This document shows, in pieces, positions 27,534-36,265 of a DNA stretch of 45,691 bases (its first letter is position 1; the number at the start of each line of letters is the position of its first letter). Both the position numbers and the translations under genes were made by a program. The notes beneath the pieces were generated by a model. The model ran no database searches and was not told where the DNA came from. It was given only the letters and a program-made list of their open reading frames with translations. The stretch spans positions 1-45,691 of the forward strand of contig JANOHN010000320.1 in the NCBI GenBank assembly GCA_031406505.1, written 5' to 3'. Origin of the DNA: Acidimicrobiia bacterium (GTDB taxonomy: Bacteria > Actinomycetota > Acidimicrobiia > IMCC26256 > PALSA-555).

Positions 27534-29069
27534 TCAGTCCGGTCGGGCGACGATCTCCCCCACCGCTCGGAATGCCGACGAGATCGCACCTTGGATCCAA
27601 CCGGTGTCGAGCGACGTGTGCTCACCCGCGAAGTGCATCGCCCCCTCGGGCGCGATTGTGTCGTTGTGGATCTGTGACTGTTGCCCGGGGAGCAGCTCAG
27701 CGAACGACGCGTTCGTCCACGGATACGAGTCCCAGAAGATCGAGGCGAAGTCGTCGACCATGCCGGGCTCGGCGATCTCGGGGTGGATCCTCGATACCTG
27801 CTGGACGACCACGCGCACCCGCTCCTCCGGCGCGAGTTGCCCGAGCCGGCGCGCGTCTTGGCCCCACGTGTACGACGCCAGCAGCACGCCCGGCCCATCG
27901 CTGATCGTCGGATCCCGCGGCGCGAACTCGCCGTCCTCGTAGCCGCCGTACATCGTGTTGAACCTCGCGCGAGTCGGCTGCGGCTCGGTGATCGCCGTCG
28001 CATTGTCCGACGGGTAGTACAGCGCACGGAACATCAGGTCGCTCTGTGACGCACCGCCGGCTATCCCATAGTCGCGCTCCCAGAACCGGCGACGGCAGTG
28101 CAAGAGCACCTTGGTGCTCGACTCATACCCAAGGTTGCGGACCGCGAACGACTTGTGCGGCCCGAATGGCGGATCGACGTCGACGTGGTGCAGCACCGAG
28201 AACGGGATGGCGCAGAGCACGACGTCGGCGGTCTCCGTGACGGCCGCGCCGTCGCGCTCCACGACCAGGTCCACCTTTCCGTCGGGACGCTGGTGGATGC
28301 CCCGGACCGGGGATCGCAGCACGATCTCACCCTGCACCAGCTTCGCCAAGGTGCGCGGGAGCAGATCGATGCCGCCCACGATCTCGTCGAACCGGTTCCC
28401 GGTCGCGGTGAGCGCGTCGCGGAGCAGCATCGTCGCCGTGCGGTCGAACATGGTCTCGAGCCCGGTCGCCGCGCCGATGAGCTCGGTTGCATCGTCACCG
28501 CAGCGCAATCGCAGGTACTCGCCGATCGTCGTGCGGTCGATCTCCCGCAGCCGATGACTCGCGAGGTTGCCCGTCCGCAGGCTGGCTCGCTCGGTGTCGG
28601 TGAGTCCCTCCATCGTGTCGCCGACGGCACGCGCCAGCATCTTCGGCGGGATCTCGTCCTCACGCTGCTGTGGTGACAGGTCGAAGAGCGGGTACAGGTT
28701 CGTCCGGGCGTCGCGCATGCGCGTTCGCACGCCACGGATGTCGTAGAAGCACGAGAGGTTCTCGTGCGAAGTCACGAAGCGTCGGAGCTCGAGGCCACAC
28801 CGCTTCAGGTAGTGGTGCGTGTAGTCGTGATGCTCGGGCACGCGCATCGGCCCGAACTCACCGTACGAGCCGTCCGAGAAGTGATGGGTCCATGCGCGGC
28901 CGCGGGTCTCGGCACTTGCTTCGAGGATGCGCACCGAGTGCCCGAGTGCCTCGAGCTCGAGCGCCGCAACGAGCCCGGCCATGCCGGCGCCGATGATCGT
29001 GACCGCCTTGCGCGCTCGACCCCGGTCAACGTCAGCCAGCGCTCGCAGCTCATCGTCTACTCGGCTCAT
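27534..29069 (-). CDS. Flavin-containing amine oxidase (L-amino-acid/monoamine oxidase family)
   Basis: 511 aa with the FAD dinucleotide fold VTIIGAGMAGLVAALEL...VRILEA and the C-terminal FAGEHTS...GWIQGAISS typical of the amino_oxidase family. Confidence 0.88.
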   Translation of the reverse strand: MSRVDDELRALADVDRGRARKAVTIIGAGMAGLVAALELEALGHSVRILEASAETRGRAWTHHFSDGSYGEFGPMRVPEHHDYTHHYLKRCGLELRRFVTSHENLSCFYDIRGVRTRMRDARTNLYPLFDLSPQQREDEIPPKMLARAVGDTMEGLTDTERASLRTGNLASHRLREIDRTTIGEYLRLRCGDDATELIGAATGLETMFDRTATMLLRDALTATGNRFDEIVGGIDLLPRTLAKLVQGEIVLRSPVRGIHQRPDGKVDLVVERDGAAVTETADVVLCAIPFSVLHHVDVDPPFGPHKSFAVRNLGYESSTKVLLHCRRRFWERDYGIAGGASQSDLMFRALYYPSDNATAITEPQPTRARFNTMYGGYEDGEFAPRDPTISDGPGVLLASYTWGQDARRLGQLAPEERVRVVVQQVSRIHPEIAEPGMVDDFASIFWDSYPWTNASFAELLPGQQSQIHNDTIAPEGAMHFAGEHTSLDTGWIQGAISSAFRAVGEIVARPD

Positions 29070-29082
29070 CGGAACCCGTGAG

Positions 29083-29628
29083 CTACTTCGTGCGGAGTGA
29101 CGTGAAGCCCTCCGCTACGTCGTGGAGGTGGTGGACCGGATCGTGGATGAAGTAGCGGGCGAACGACTCCACGGTGAACCGTGCGCCGTCGCTGCGAGTC
29201 CCCGTTCGGTCCCATTGCGCGCCACTCACTGTTTCGAAGCGGTCGGCGAGCCGGGCTGCGGCCGCATCGATCTCGCCCGAGACGACGCTCGGATCCTGCT
29301 CGGCGTACCGCTCGTCGACGGCAGTCACGTCCTGATCCCAGTTCGGGTACTGCGGATCGTCCTGTTCGAGCATGAGACCCAGACGCACGTCGTAGAGGCG
29401 GAACACGTCACGCACATGGCAGCCGTACTCGAGCGCCGACCACTGCTCGTCCGTCGGGCGCTGCGACACCTCGTCGTCACCCGTGAGCACCTCGCGCCAT
29501 GCGTCCGCGTTGTCGCGGAGCATCTGTCCGACCTGCTCACGTTCGAAGGCCGACGTGTCGAACCCACACTCGGGGCACGGTCGCTCGATGACCCAAGTCC
29601 AGTCTTTGGTGTCCGGCACGATCGGCAT
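29083..29628 (-). CDS. DinB-family (DinB_2-like) metal-dependent four-helix protein with N-terminal CxxC
   Basis: 181 aa with CPECGFD near the N-terminus, WSALEYGCHVRDV and a C-terminal FIHDPVHHLHDV His cluster. Only 4 nt separate it from the TMEM175 gene stop, and 13 nt separate it from the oxidase start. Confidence 0.72.
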   Translation of the reverse strand: MPIVPDTKDWTWVIERPCPECGFDTSAFEREQVGQMLRDNADAWREVLTGDDEVSQRPTDEQWSALEYGCHVRDVFRLYDVRLGLMLEQDDPQYPNWDQDVTAVDERYAEQDPSVVSGEIDAAAARLADRFETVSGAQWDRTGTRSDGARFTVESFARYFIHDPVHHLHDVAEGFTSLRTK

Positions 29629-29632
29629 CTCG

Positions 29633-30313
29633 TCAGCCCTCTGCTTCGATCGCCTGCCCGTCGGGCATCGCCATACGCGACGAAGGCCCCTTGGCGAAGT
29701 AGATGGCTACGAGCGCATAGACCACGAAGCAGGCGGCGGCGCTGATGAACGCGAGTCCGATCGTCAGGCCGTACACGATCGGGCCCACGAACGATCGGCG
29801 CACGGCCAACCGCATGCGCTCTCGGGAGATGCCTTCGACGATCAGCTCCGGGTGGCGCTCGAGCCGGATCCACATGCCGAGGAACGCGAGCCCGATCGCC
29901 AGCATCGCGGTGCTGTAGGTCGCCGCCGCGATCTGCGCGTTCGACCCGCCGTCACGGATGTAGGTGGCAAGGAGCGATGTCGGGAACGGCAAGAACGCGA
30001 TCCCGAGAAGTAACACGAGGTTGAGGAACATGAGCGGGCGGTCGACGGCGCGGATCCGCTCGAACATCGAGTGATGACTCACCCACATGATGCCGATCAC
30101 CACGAACGACAGCACGAACGCCGCATACGACGTCCAGTCGTCGAGCAGGGCGTCGAAGAGCTTGCCGTCCTTCACATTCGGCACGTCGAGCGTCAGCACC
30201 AACAGCGTGATGGCGATGGCGATCACACCATCGCTGAACGCCTCGAGTCGCTGGGTCGTCGGGCTCGGGAAGTTCGGGCTCCCCGGGCTGGGTGCTGGCA
30301 CGGACTGCGACAC
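29633..30313 (-). CDS. TMEM175/DUF1211-family putative potassium channel
   Basis: 226 aa. RLEAFSDGVIAIAITLLVL is the RxxxFSD pore-helix signature, and about 6 TM segments follow. Confidence 0.8.
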   Translation of the reverse strand: MSQSVPAPSPGSPNFPSPTTQRLEAFSDGVIAIAITLLVLTLDVPNVKDGKLFDALLDDWTSYAAFVLSFVVIGIMWVSHHSMFERIRAVDRPLMFLNLVLLLGIAFLPFPTSLLATYIRDGGSNAQIAAATYSTAMLAIGLAFLGMWIRLERHPELIVEGISRERMRLAVRRSFVGPIVYGLTIGLAFISAAACFVVYALVAIYFAKGPSSRMAMPDGQAIEAEG

Positions 30314-30319
30314 GCGCCC

Positions 30320-30325
30320 AAGTTA
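30320..30325 (-). promoter_or_regulatory. Putative -10 box (TAACTT) 6 nt upstream of the TMEM175 GTG (leaderless-type)
   Basis: The reverse strand reads gcaTAACTTgggcgcGTG. Confidence 0.35.
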
Positions 30326-30358
30326 TGCACTCGGCGCCGGTCGGGACGACCTCTTTGG

Positions 30359-30619
30359 CTACGAGATGCCCGGGGTGATGGGCTGGTCGGGAACGGGGGT
30401 CGCCTCGCCGTCGATCGGCGCCTCGTCGTCCATGACCGGCGCGTCGGGGTCGAAGGGCGGCGCATCGGGGTCGTACGGCGCGTTGGGGTCGTACGTGCCG
30501 TCTTCGATGCCGGCCGCGCGGTCACGGCGCCGAGCTCGCTTCTCAGCCTGGCGTTCTTGGCGCGCAATCTCTCGCTGCCGCTTCTCGAAGGTGGGTCGTT
30601 GTCGGTTGCGGCTACCCAC
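30359..30619 (-). CDS. Small bipartite protein: basic N-half, acidic (Y/F)DPxAP-repeat C-half
   Basis: The track ORF starts at the GTG at 30625. A GAGGAG SD sits 5 nt before the second GTG at 30619. The sequence is VGSRNRQRPTFEKRQREIARQERQAEKRARRRDRAAG...YDPNAPYDPDAPPFDPDAPVMDDEAP. It lies directly downstream of cspA. Confidence 0.6.
   Translation of the reverse strand: MGSRNRQRPTFEKRQREIARQERQAEKRARRRDRAAGIEDGTYDPNAPYDPDAPPFDPDAPVMDDEAPIDGEATPVPDQPITPGIS
30438..30499 (-). repeat. Three imperfect tandem 18-21-nt coding repeats
   Basis: The units ggcgcgtcggggtcgaagggc, ggcgcatcggggtcgtacggc and gcgttggggtcgtacgtgcc encode the YDPNAP / YDPDAPP / FDPDAP units. Confidence 0.7.
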
Positions 30620-30654
30620 AGTCACTCCTCGGTCGGGAGGTCACGGACGCGCAG

Positions 30655-30682
30655 GCGCCGGGAACCGAACGGCTCCCGGCGC
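30655..30682 (-). terminator. Strong stem-loop 13 nt after the cspA stop (terminator or attenuator)
   Basis: The RNA reads GCGCCGGGAGCC-GUUC-GGUUCCCGGCGC, a 12-bp stem (one G-U pair) with a tetraloop and no U tract. Confidence 0.5.
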
Positions 30683-30694
30683 TCGCGAGTGATG

Positions 30695-30898
30695 TCAGAC
30701 GACGCGGACGTTCTGGGCCTCTTCGCCCTTTCGGCCCGGGGCTACGTCGAACTCGACCGTCTGACCTTCGTCGAGCGAGCGGTAGCCGTCGCCTTGGATC
30801 GATGAGAAGTGGACGAAGACGTCGTCGCCGCCCTCACGCGAGATGAAGCCGTAGCCCTTCTCGGAGTTGAACCACTTCACGGTGCCTTGTGTTGCCAT
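30695..30898 (-). CDS. cspA: Cold-shock protein (CSD)
   Basis: 67 aa with [19 protein letters not shown] (RNP1) and DVFVHFS (RNP2). Confidence 0.96.
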   Translation of the reverse strand: MATQGTVKWFNSEKGYGFISREGGDDVFVHFSSIQGDGYRSLDEGQTVEFDVAPGRKGEEAQNVRVV

Positions 30899-31097
30899 TT
30901 CGTCGTGCTCCCATCAGGGTCCCTGCCCCGTTGCATGCCAGCAGGCCGACTCGGGGCTACGTGCGGTGACTCGGTGGCGAAGTGGCACGACGCGGACGGG
31001 ACTCACGGAAAGGCAGAGCGTTCGCCAGAACCGATGGAGAACGGGCGTGTCGCGGCTTAACGACCGATTGCTGACCTTACGACGGTAGCAGACGGCC
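30899..31097 (-). promoter_or_regulatory. About 200-nt untranslated region upstream of cspA (promoter plus long 5' leader)
   Basis: No ORF is present. A GGGAG SD lies about 9 nt before the ATG. Long structured leaders are established for csp genes, but I did not map specific elements. Confidence 0.4.
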
Positions 31098-31775
31098 TCA
31101 CGAACGCCGGACCGTCTCCCGTCCAGCAGCAATCGGGGCTTCGACGCGGCGCTGCTCGACGAAGTGAAGATAGATCAGCACGCTCGCCAAGGCACCCCAG
31201 ACGCACCACAGCGATGTGAGGCCCTCCGACTGGATCCACACCAGCACGAAGACCGCCGCGATATTCGCCACACCGAACCACACGACTCGGCGGTGGCTGG
31301 ACACGAGGAACGCGCCGCAGGTAGCGACCACGTAGAGCACGGTGAAGAAGTCCGCACTCGCGCCCGCGCCCCCATATTGGATCGTGTGCCCAGCGATGCG
31401 CGCGGTCAGGTGGTTCGTCGTCATCGAGATCGCGAGGTGACCGGCGACCACGGCACCCAGCATGGTGAAGGCCCCGAGCAGGCGCCGTCGGTTGCGCAGA
31501 GGCTCAGCGAGCATGACGGCCAGCGGCACGAGCAACGGGAGCAGTACCCACGCGTACGCGAGATACGCGTACATCGCGACCTGCCCGGTGGCCGCAGGCA
31601 CGTGCTTGTTGAGGCCGAGCCAGACAAACCCCTCGGTAGCCTGGTGCAGCGCGAAGCCGAGCGGGAGTGCGGCGAGCGGGAGCTCGCGCCGATCGTGGGG
31701 CTGCGCGAGCGTGGCCACGCCGACCACCCCGATGACCGCCGCCCCCACGAAGTCAGCCTCTGCTGAGAAGCACAC
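31098..31775 (-). CDS. Polytopic membrane protein, hypothetical (about 7 TM)
   Basis: 225 aa and uniformly hydrophobic, with a GGGGGA SD before the GTG. I cannot name a family with confidence. Confidence 0.65.
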   Translation of the reverse strand: MCFSAEADFVGAAVIGVVGVATLAQPHDRRELPLAALPLGFALHQATEGFVWLGLNKHVPAATGQVAMYAYLAYAWVLLPLLVPLAVMLAEPLRNRRRLLGAFTMLGAVVAGHLAISMTTNHLTARIAGHTIQYGGAGASADFFTVLYVVATCGAFLVSSHRRVVWFGVANIAAVFVLVWIQSEGLTSLWCVWGALASVLIYLHFVEQRRVEAPIAAGRETVRRS

Positions 31776-31908
31776 CTCGTCCCCCGTTGCCGGTTTCCCG
31801 CCCTAGAACCAACCGCAACTTGCCCCGCCTGGGACTGTACGCACGTGTTGACGGAATGCAACCCAACAATTTCGGGCACGAAACCACGATTGCGCCCGAG
31901 TCCCGACC

Positions 31909-31914
31909 TAGTCT
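31909..31914 (+). promoter_or_regulatory. Putative -10 box (TAGTCT) 6 nt upstream of the small Lys-rich ORF (leaderless-type)
   Basis: The sequence reads gaccTAGTCTcaggccATG. Confidence 0.35.
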
Positions 31915-31920
31915 CAGGCC

Positions 31921-32037
31921 ATGGCTGACAAGTCACCGAAGAAGAACACCGACAAGAAGCAGGGCAAGTCGCTCAAGGAGAAGCGCATGGCCAAGAACGC
32001 CAAGCGCTCCGAGCGATCCCACGGCTCGACCGGGTAG
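31921..32037 (+). CDS. 38-aa lysine-rich basic protein (below the ORF-track size cutoff)
   Basis: The sequence is MADKSPKKNTDKKQGKSLKEKRMAKNAKRSERSHGSTG. By my count 35 of 38 codons end in G/C, and all Lys codons are AAG. A leaderless-type -10 is present. Confidence 0.55.
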   Translation: MADKSPKKNTDKKQGKSLKEKRMAKNAKRSERSHGSTG

Positions 32038-32046
32038 CAGCCCGGC

Positions 32047-33072
<1,026 letters not shown>

Positions 33073-33348
33073 TCACCCTGCTTGGCGCGCCATGCGGTGT
33101 CGGCGGCTGCTGATCGCCCGCTCGCACGCTCGGCAGTCGACAGCACGCCATGGTTCGCCGGGGATGAGCCCGTGGCGACCGCACAGAGAGCAGAGTTCCC
33201 ACTCGGGAACCGGCCCCCGTGGATACCGGCGCCGCCACCAACGGCGGTCGGTACGACGGCGATACGCGAGATGCACCCGGCCGGTGAGCTCGGGGCTGAG
33301 CGCGACCACGAGTCCTTCGAGGTCGGCCTCATGGCGGCGGGCAACCAC
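33073..33348 (-). CDS. Candidate 91-aa Arg-rich zinc-ribbon protein
   Basis: Two CxxC pairs occur 16 residues apart (CSLCGRHGLIPGEPWRAVDCRAC). The stop lies 16 nt upstream of add on the same strand. The N-terminal half is Arg/Trp-rich and could be frame shadow. Confidence 0.35.
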   Translation of the reverse strand: MVARRHEADLEGLVVALSPELTGRVHLAYRRRTDRRWWRRRYPRGPVPEWELCSLCGRHGLIPGEPWRAVDCRACERAISSRRHRMARQAG

Positions 33349-33410
33349 AGGGCGGGTGTATACGTCGGGTGCACAGCACGCGCAACCACGCGCGGCTCGG
33401 GAGGTACGAG

Positions 33411-33794
33411 ATGAAGCCCTACAAGGTGCTGTTCGTCGTCACCGTCGTCAACATCGCGCTCGTCGCGGCGGCCTGGTTCGGCATCGTCGGCGCGCAGCCC
33501 GGAGGCGCCCAGGCTCGCCCAGGCGTCGTCGAGGCATCCGGCTTCGACCTCGTGAACGACGACGGAATCGTGGTGGCGCAGCTCTACGTCGGCGAGGGCG
33601 GCACCGGGCAGATCCGCCTCCGCGACGAGTCGGGCGAGGTACGCGTGAAGATCGGCGCGTCGTCGGACGGCGCGGGCTTGATCCTGTTCAACGCCCAGGG
33701 TGAGCCAGTGCCCGGCGTGGCCGCAGCCACCGACGAGCAAGGGGCGAAGATCACGCTCGTGAACGGCGACAAGAAGAAGGTGATCAAGCCGTGA
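33411..33794 (+). CDS. Membrane-anchored or secreted 127-aa protein with about four beta-hairpin-like repeats
   Basis: The track ORF 33369..33794 was trimmed to the ATG at 33411, which has a GGGAGG SD. The TM/signal segment is MKPYKVLFVVTVVNIALVAAAWFGIVGA. It is followed by FDLVNDDG / IRLRDESG / LILFNAQG / ITLVNGDK repeat units. Confidence 0.62.
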   Translation: MKPYKVLFVVTVVNIALVAAAWFGIVGAQPGGAQARPGVVEASGFDLVNDDGIVVAQLYVGEGGTGQIRLRDESGEVRVKIGASSDGAGLILFNAQGEPVPGVAAATDEQGAKITLVNGDKKKVIKP

Positions 33795-33841
33795 CGCTCG
33801 CGGACTTGTCAGCCTCCGAGAGGCGCTCCGCGCGTCCGGCG

Positions 33842-33847
33842 TAGATT
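33842..33847 (+). promoter_or_regulatory. Putative -10 box (TAGATT) 6 nt upstream of the copper amine oxidase GTG (leaderless-type)
   Basis: The sequence reads ggcgTAGATTctcggcGTG. Confidence 0.4.
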
Positions 33848-33853
33848 CTCGGC

Positions 33854-35779
33854 GTGACCACCACCGCCACGCCGACGCTCGCCACCCATCCGCTCGACAT
33901 GCTGACGGTCGACGAGGTCGCGCGCGCGGTCGCGATCCTGCGCGCGAGCGGGCGCGTGCCCGAAGGCGCGCGTTTCATCCACGTCGTGCTCCACGAACCG
34001 ACCAAAGACACCGTGGCCGCACATCGGCCCGGCGATCCCGTCGACCGCGAGGTCGAGCTCCAACTCGTGGCGGGACCGACACTCGAGGTGATCGAGGCAG
34101 TGGTGTCGATCACTGCGACCGAAGTGCGCGATGTGCAAGTGATCGACGGCGTATGCCCCGCGCTCATGTTTGGCGAGTCCTACGACGCGATCTGCAAGGT
34201 GAAGGAGCATCCCGAGTGGCAAGCGGCGATGCGCCGGCGCGGGATCACCGACTTCGACCTCGTGCAGGTGGACCCATGGCCTGCGGGCACGTTCGGCAGT
34301 CCGCATGAAGAAGGACGGCGCATCAGCCGCTGCATCTCGTTCCTGCGCGAGTCGAAGACCGACAACGGCTACGCGCGCCCCATCGAAGGCGTGATCGCCT
34401 TCTTCGACCAAGGCGGGGGCGAAGTGCTGGAGGTGGTGGACCTCGGCGTCGTACCGCTCCCGCCGAACCGCGGGTCGTACCTTCCCGAAGACGTCGGCCC
34501 GATGCGTACCGACCTCAAGCCGCTCGAGATCACCCAACCCGACGGGCCGAGCTTCACGGTCGAGGGCAACTTTGTGCGCTGGCAACGCTGGTCGTTCCGG
34601 GTCGGCTTCGACCCGTACGAAGGGCTTGTGCTCCACACGCTGGCCTACGACGACGCCGGGCGCATACGTCCGGTGATGCACCGCGCGTCGATCAGCGAGA
34701 TGGTCGTGCCCTACGGCGACCCGGGTCCGATGCACGGGTGGAAGAACGCGTTCGACGTAGGCGAGTGGGGTCTCGGGCGGATGGCGAACTCGCTCAAGCT
34801 CGGATGCGACTGCCTCGGCGTCATCCACTACTTCGACGGCGTGCTGGCAACCGAGGCTGGCGACCCGTACCTCGTGGAGCACGCCATCTGCATGCATGAA
34901 GAGGACTACGGCATCCTCTGGAAGCACCAAGACCTGCAAGGGGGCACGACTGAGGTGCGGCGTTCACGCCGGCTGGTCGTGAGCTCGATCTCGACCGTCG
35001 GCAACTACGAGTACGGCTTCTACTGGTACCTGTACCTCGACGGCAACGTGCAGCTCGAGGTGAAGCTCACCGGGATCATCTCGTCGATGGCGGTCGCACT
35101 GGGCGAGGTGCCTGCGTTTGCCAACCTCGTGGCACCGGGCCTCGCCGGTCCGAACCACCAGCACTTGTTCTGCGCGCGCCTCGACCTCGACATCGACGGC
35201 ACCGCGAACTCTGTGTACGAGGTGGAAGCCGAGCGCGTGCCGACCGGTCCCGACAACCCGTGGGCCAACGCGTTCCGCCAGCGCTCGACGCTGCTCGAGA
35301 CGGAACATGGCGCGCAACGCGAGACGAATTCGGCCGCGTCGCGCGGTTGGAAGATCGTCAATCCGTCGAGCACGAACTGTCTCGACCAATGCGTGAGCTA
35401 CAAGCTTGTCCCGACGATGTCGACTCCCACCTTGTTGGCGCATCCCGACTCGAGCATCGGGCGTCGTGCCGCGTTCGCCACGCACAACGTATGGGTCACG
35501 CCCTATGAGCGCGACGAGCGGCGTGCGGCCGGCAACTACCCGAACCAGTCAGCCGGTGGCGACGGCCTGCCCGCGTGGACCGCAGCCGATCGCTCGATCA
35601 CCGACACCGATGTGGTGCTCTGGTACACATTCGGCGTCACCCACTTCGTGCGACCCGAAGACTGGCCCGTCATGCCGGTCGAGTACACGGGCTTCTTGCT
35701 CCAACCGATCGGCTTCTTCGATCGGAACCCCGCTCTCGACGTGCCGCCGCAGAGCTCCAACGGCAGCTGTCACACCTGA
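33854..35779 (+). CDS. Copper-containing (topaquinone) primary-amine oxidase
   Basis: 641 aa. The TPQ precursor motif is STVGNYEYGFYWYLY, and the copper His ligands lie in HQHLFCARLDLDIDG and WYTFGVTHFVRPEDWPVMP. No signal peptide is present. Confidence 0.93.
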   Translation: MTTTATPTLATHPLDMLTVDEVARAVAILRASGRVPEGARFIHVVLHEPTKDTVAAHRPGDPVDREVELQLVAGPTLEVIEAVVSITATEVRDVQVIDGVCPALMFGESYDAICKVKEHPEWQAAMRRRGITDFDLVQVDPWPAGTFGSPHEEGRRISRCISFLRESKTDNGYARPIEGVIAFFDQGGGEVLEVVDLGVVPLPPNRGSYLPEDVGPMRTDLKPLEITQPDGPSFTVEGNFVRWQRWSFRVGFDPYEGLVLHTLAYDDAGRIRPVMHRASISEMVVPYGDPGPMHGWKNAFDVGEWGLGRMANSLKLGCDCLGVIHYFDGVLATEAGDPYLVEHAICMHEEDYGILWKHQDLQGGTTEVRRSRRLVVSSISTVGNYEYGFYWYLYLDGNVQLEVKLTGIISSMAVALGEVPAFANLVAPGLAGPNHQHLFCARLDLDIDGTANSVYEVEAERVPTGPDNPWANAFRQRSTLLETEHGAQRETNSAASRGWKIVNPSSTNCLDQCVSYKLVPTMSTPTLLAHPDSSIGRRAAFATHNVWVTPYERDERRAAGNYPNQSAGGDGLPAWTAADRSITDTDVVLWYTFGVTHFVRPEDWPVMPVEYTGFLLQPIGFFDRNPALDVPPQSSNGSCHT

Positions 35780-35794
35780 CTCAAGGGGATTCCC

Positions 35795-36151
35795 ATGGCC
35801 ATTCGCGACAAGATGAGGGACAACGCGGCGTCGCACCTGCACCCCGGCGAGACGATTCAAGCGATCTTCGGAGCTCAGTCGGTCAGCCCCTATTGGTCGT
35901 TCGCTTCCATCTGGATCGTCATCTACAAGAACGCCTACCGAGTGATCGTGGTGACGGACACGCGCACCCTCGTGTGCCAGTCCGGGAGGTTCAGCATCAC
36001 CCAGTGCAACGAAGTGCTCCGTGAGCTCCCACGATCGACGAAGCTCGGTCCCGCGAGCGGGCTCTGGTACAAGAGCGACGTGTTCGGCGAGCAGCTCTGG
36101 GTGCACAAGCGATTCCACAAGGACATCGCCGCGGCCGACGGCGCCGCTTGA
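35795..36151 (+). CDS. Hypothetical 118-aa protein
   Basis: An AAGGGGA SD and good codon bias support it. It starts 15 nt after the amine oxidase stop. I recognise no motif. Confidence 0.6.
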   Translation: MAIRDKMRDNAASHLHPGETIQAIFGAQSVSPYWSFASIWIVIYKNAYRVIVVTDTRTLVCQSGRFSITQCNEVLRELPRSTKLGPASGLWYKSDVFGEQLWVHKRFHKDIAAADGAA

Positions 36152-36160
36152 TCGACCAGC

Positions 36161-36194
36161 CCCCCGGCCCATCTTCGTCAGGCGGGCCGCGGGG
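36161..36194 (+). terminator. GC-rich stem-loop after the 118-aa gene
   Basis: CCCCCGGCCC pairs with GGGCC(G)CGGGG, giving 10 bp with a 1-nt bulge and a 13-nt loop. No U tract is present, as is common in high-GC actinobacteria. Confidence 0.4.
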
Positions 36195-36265
36195 CCATCA
36201 CTGCCCCTAATACATCCAGGTTGCACTGCCGATGAACAGGGCATCGACGGCATGGGAGGCCCGAG

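Noticed and set aside
30438-30499. Short tandem repeats that could be mistaken for a mini CRISPR or VNTR
   Set aside because: The units are contiguous with no spacers. They are in frame and encode the (Y/F)DPxAP peptide repeats of a small ORF. No cas genes are present anywhere in the window.
33809-34939. 376-aa minus-strand ORF
   Set aside because: It is antisense to the copper amine oxidase, whose TPQ and His motifs are unambiguous.
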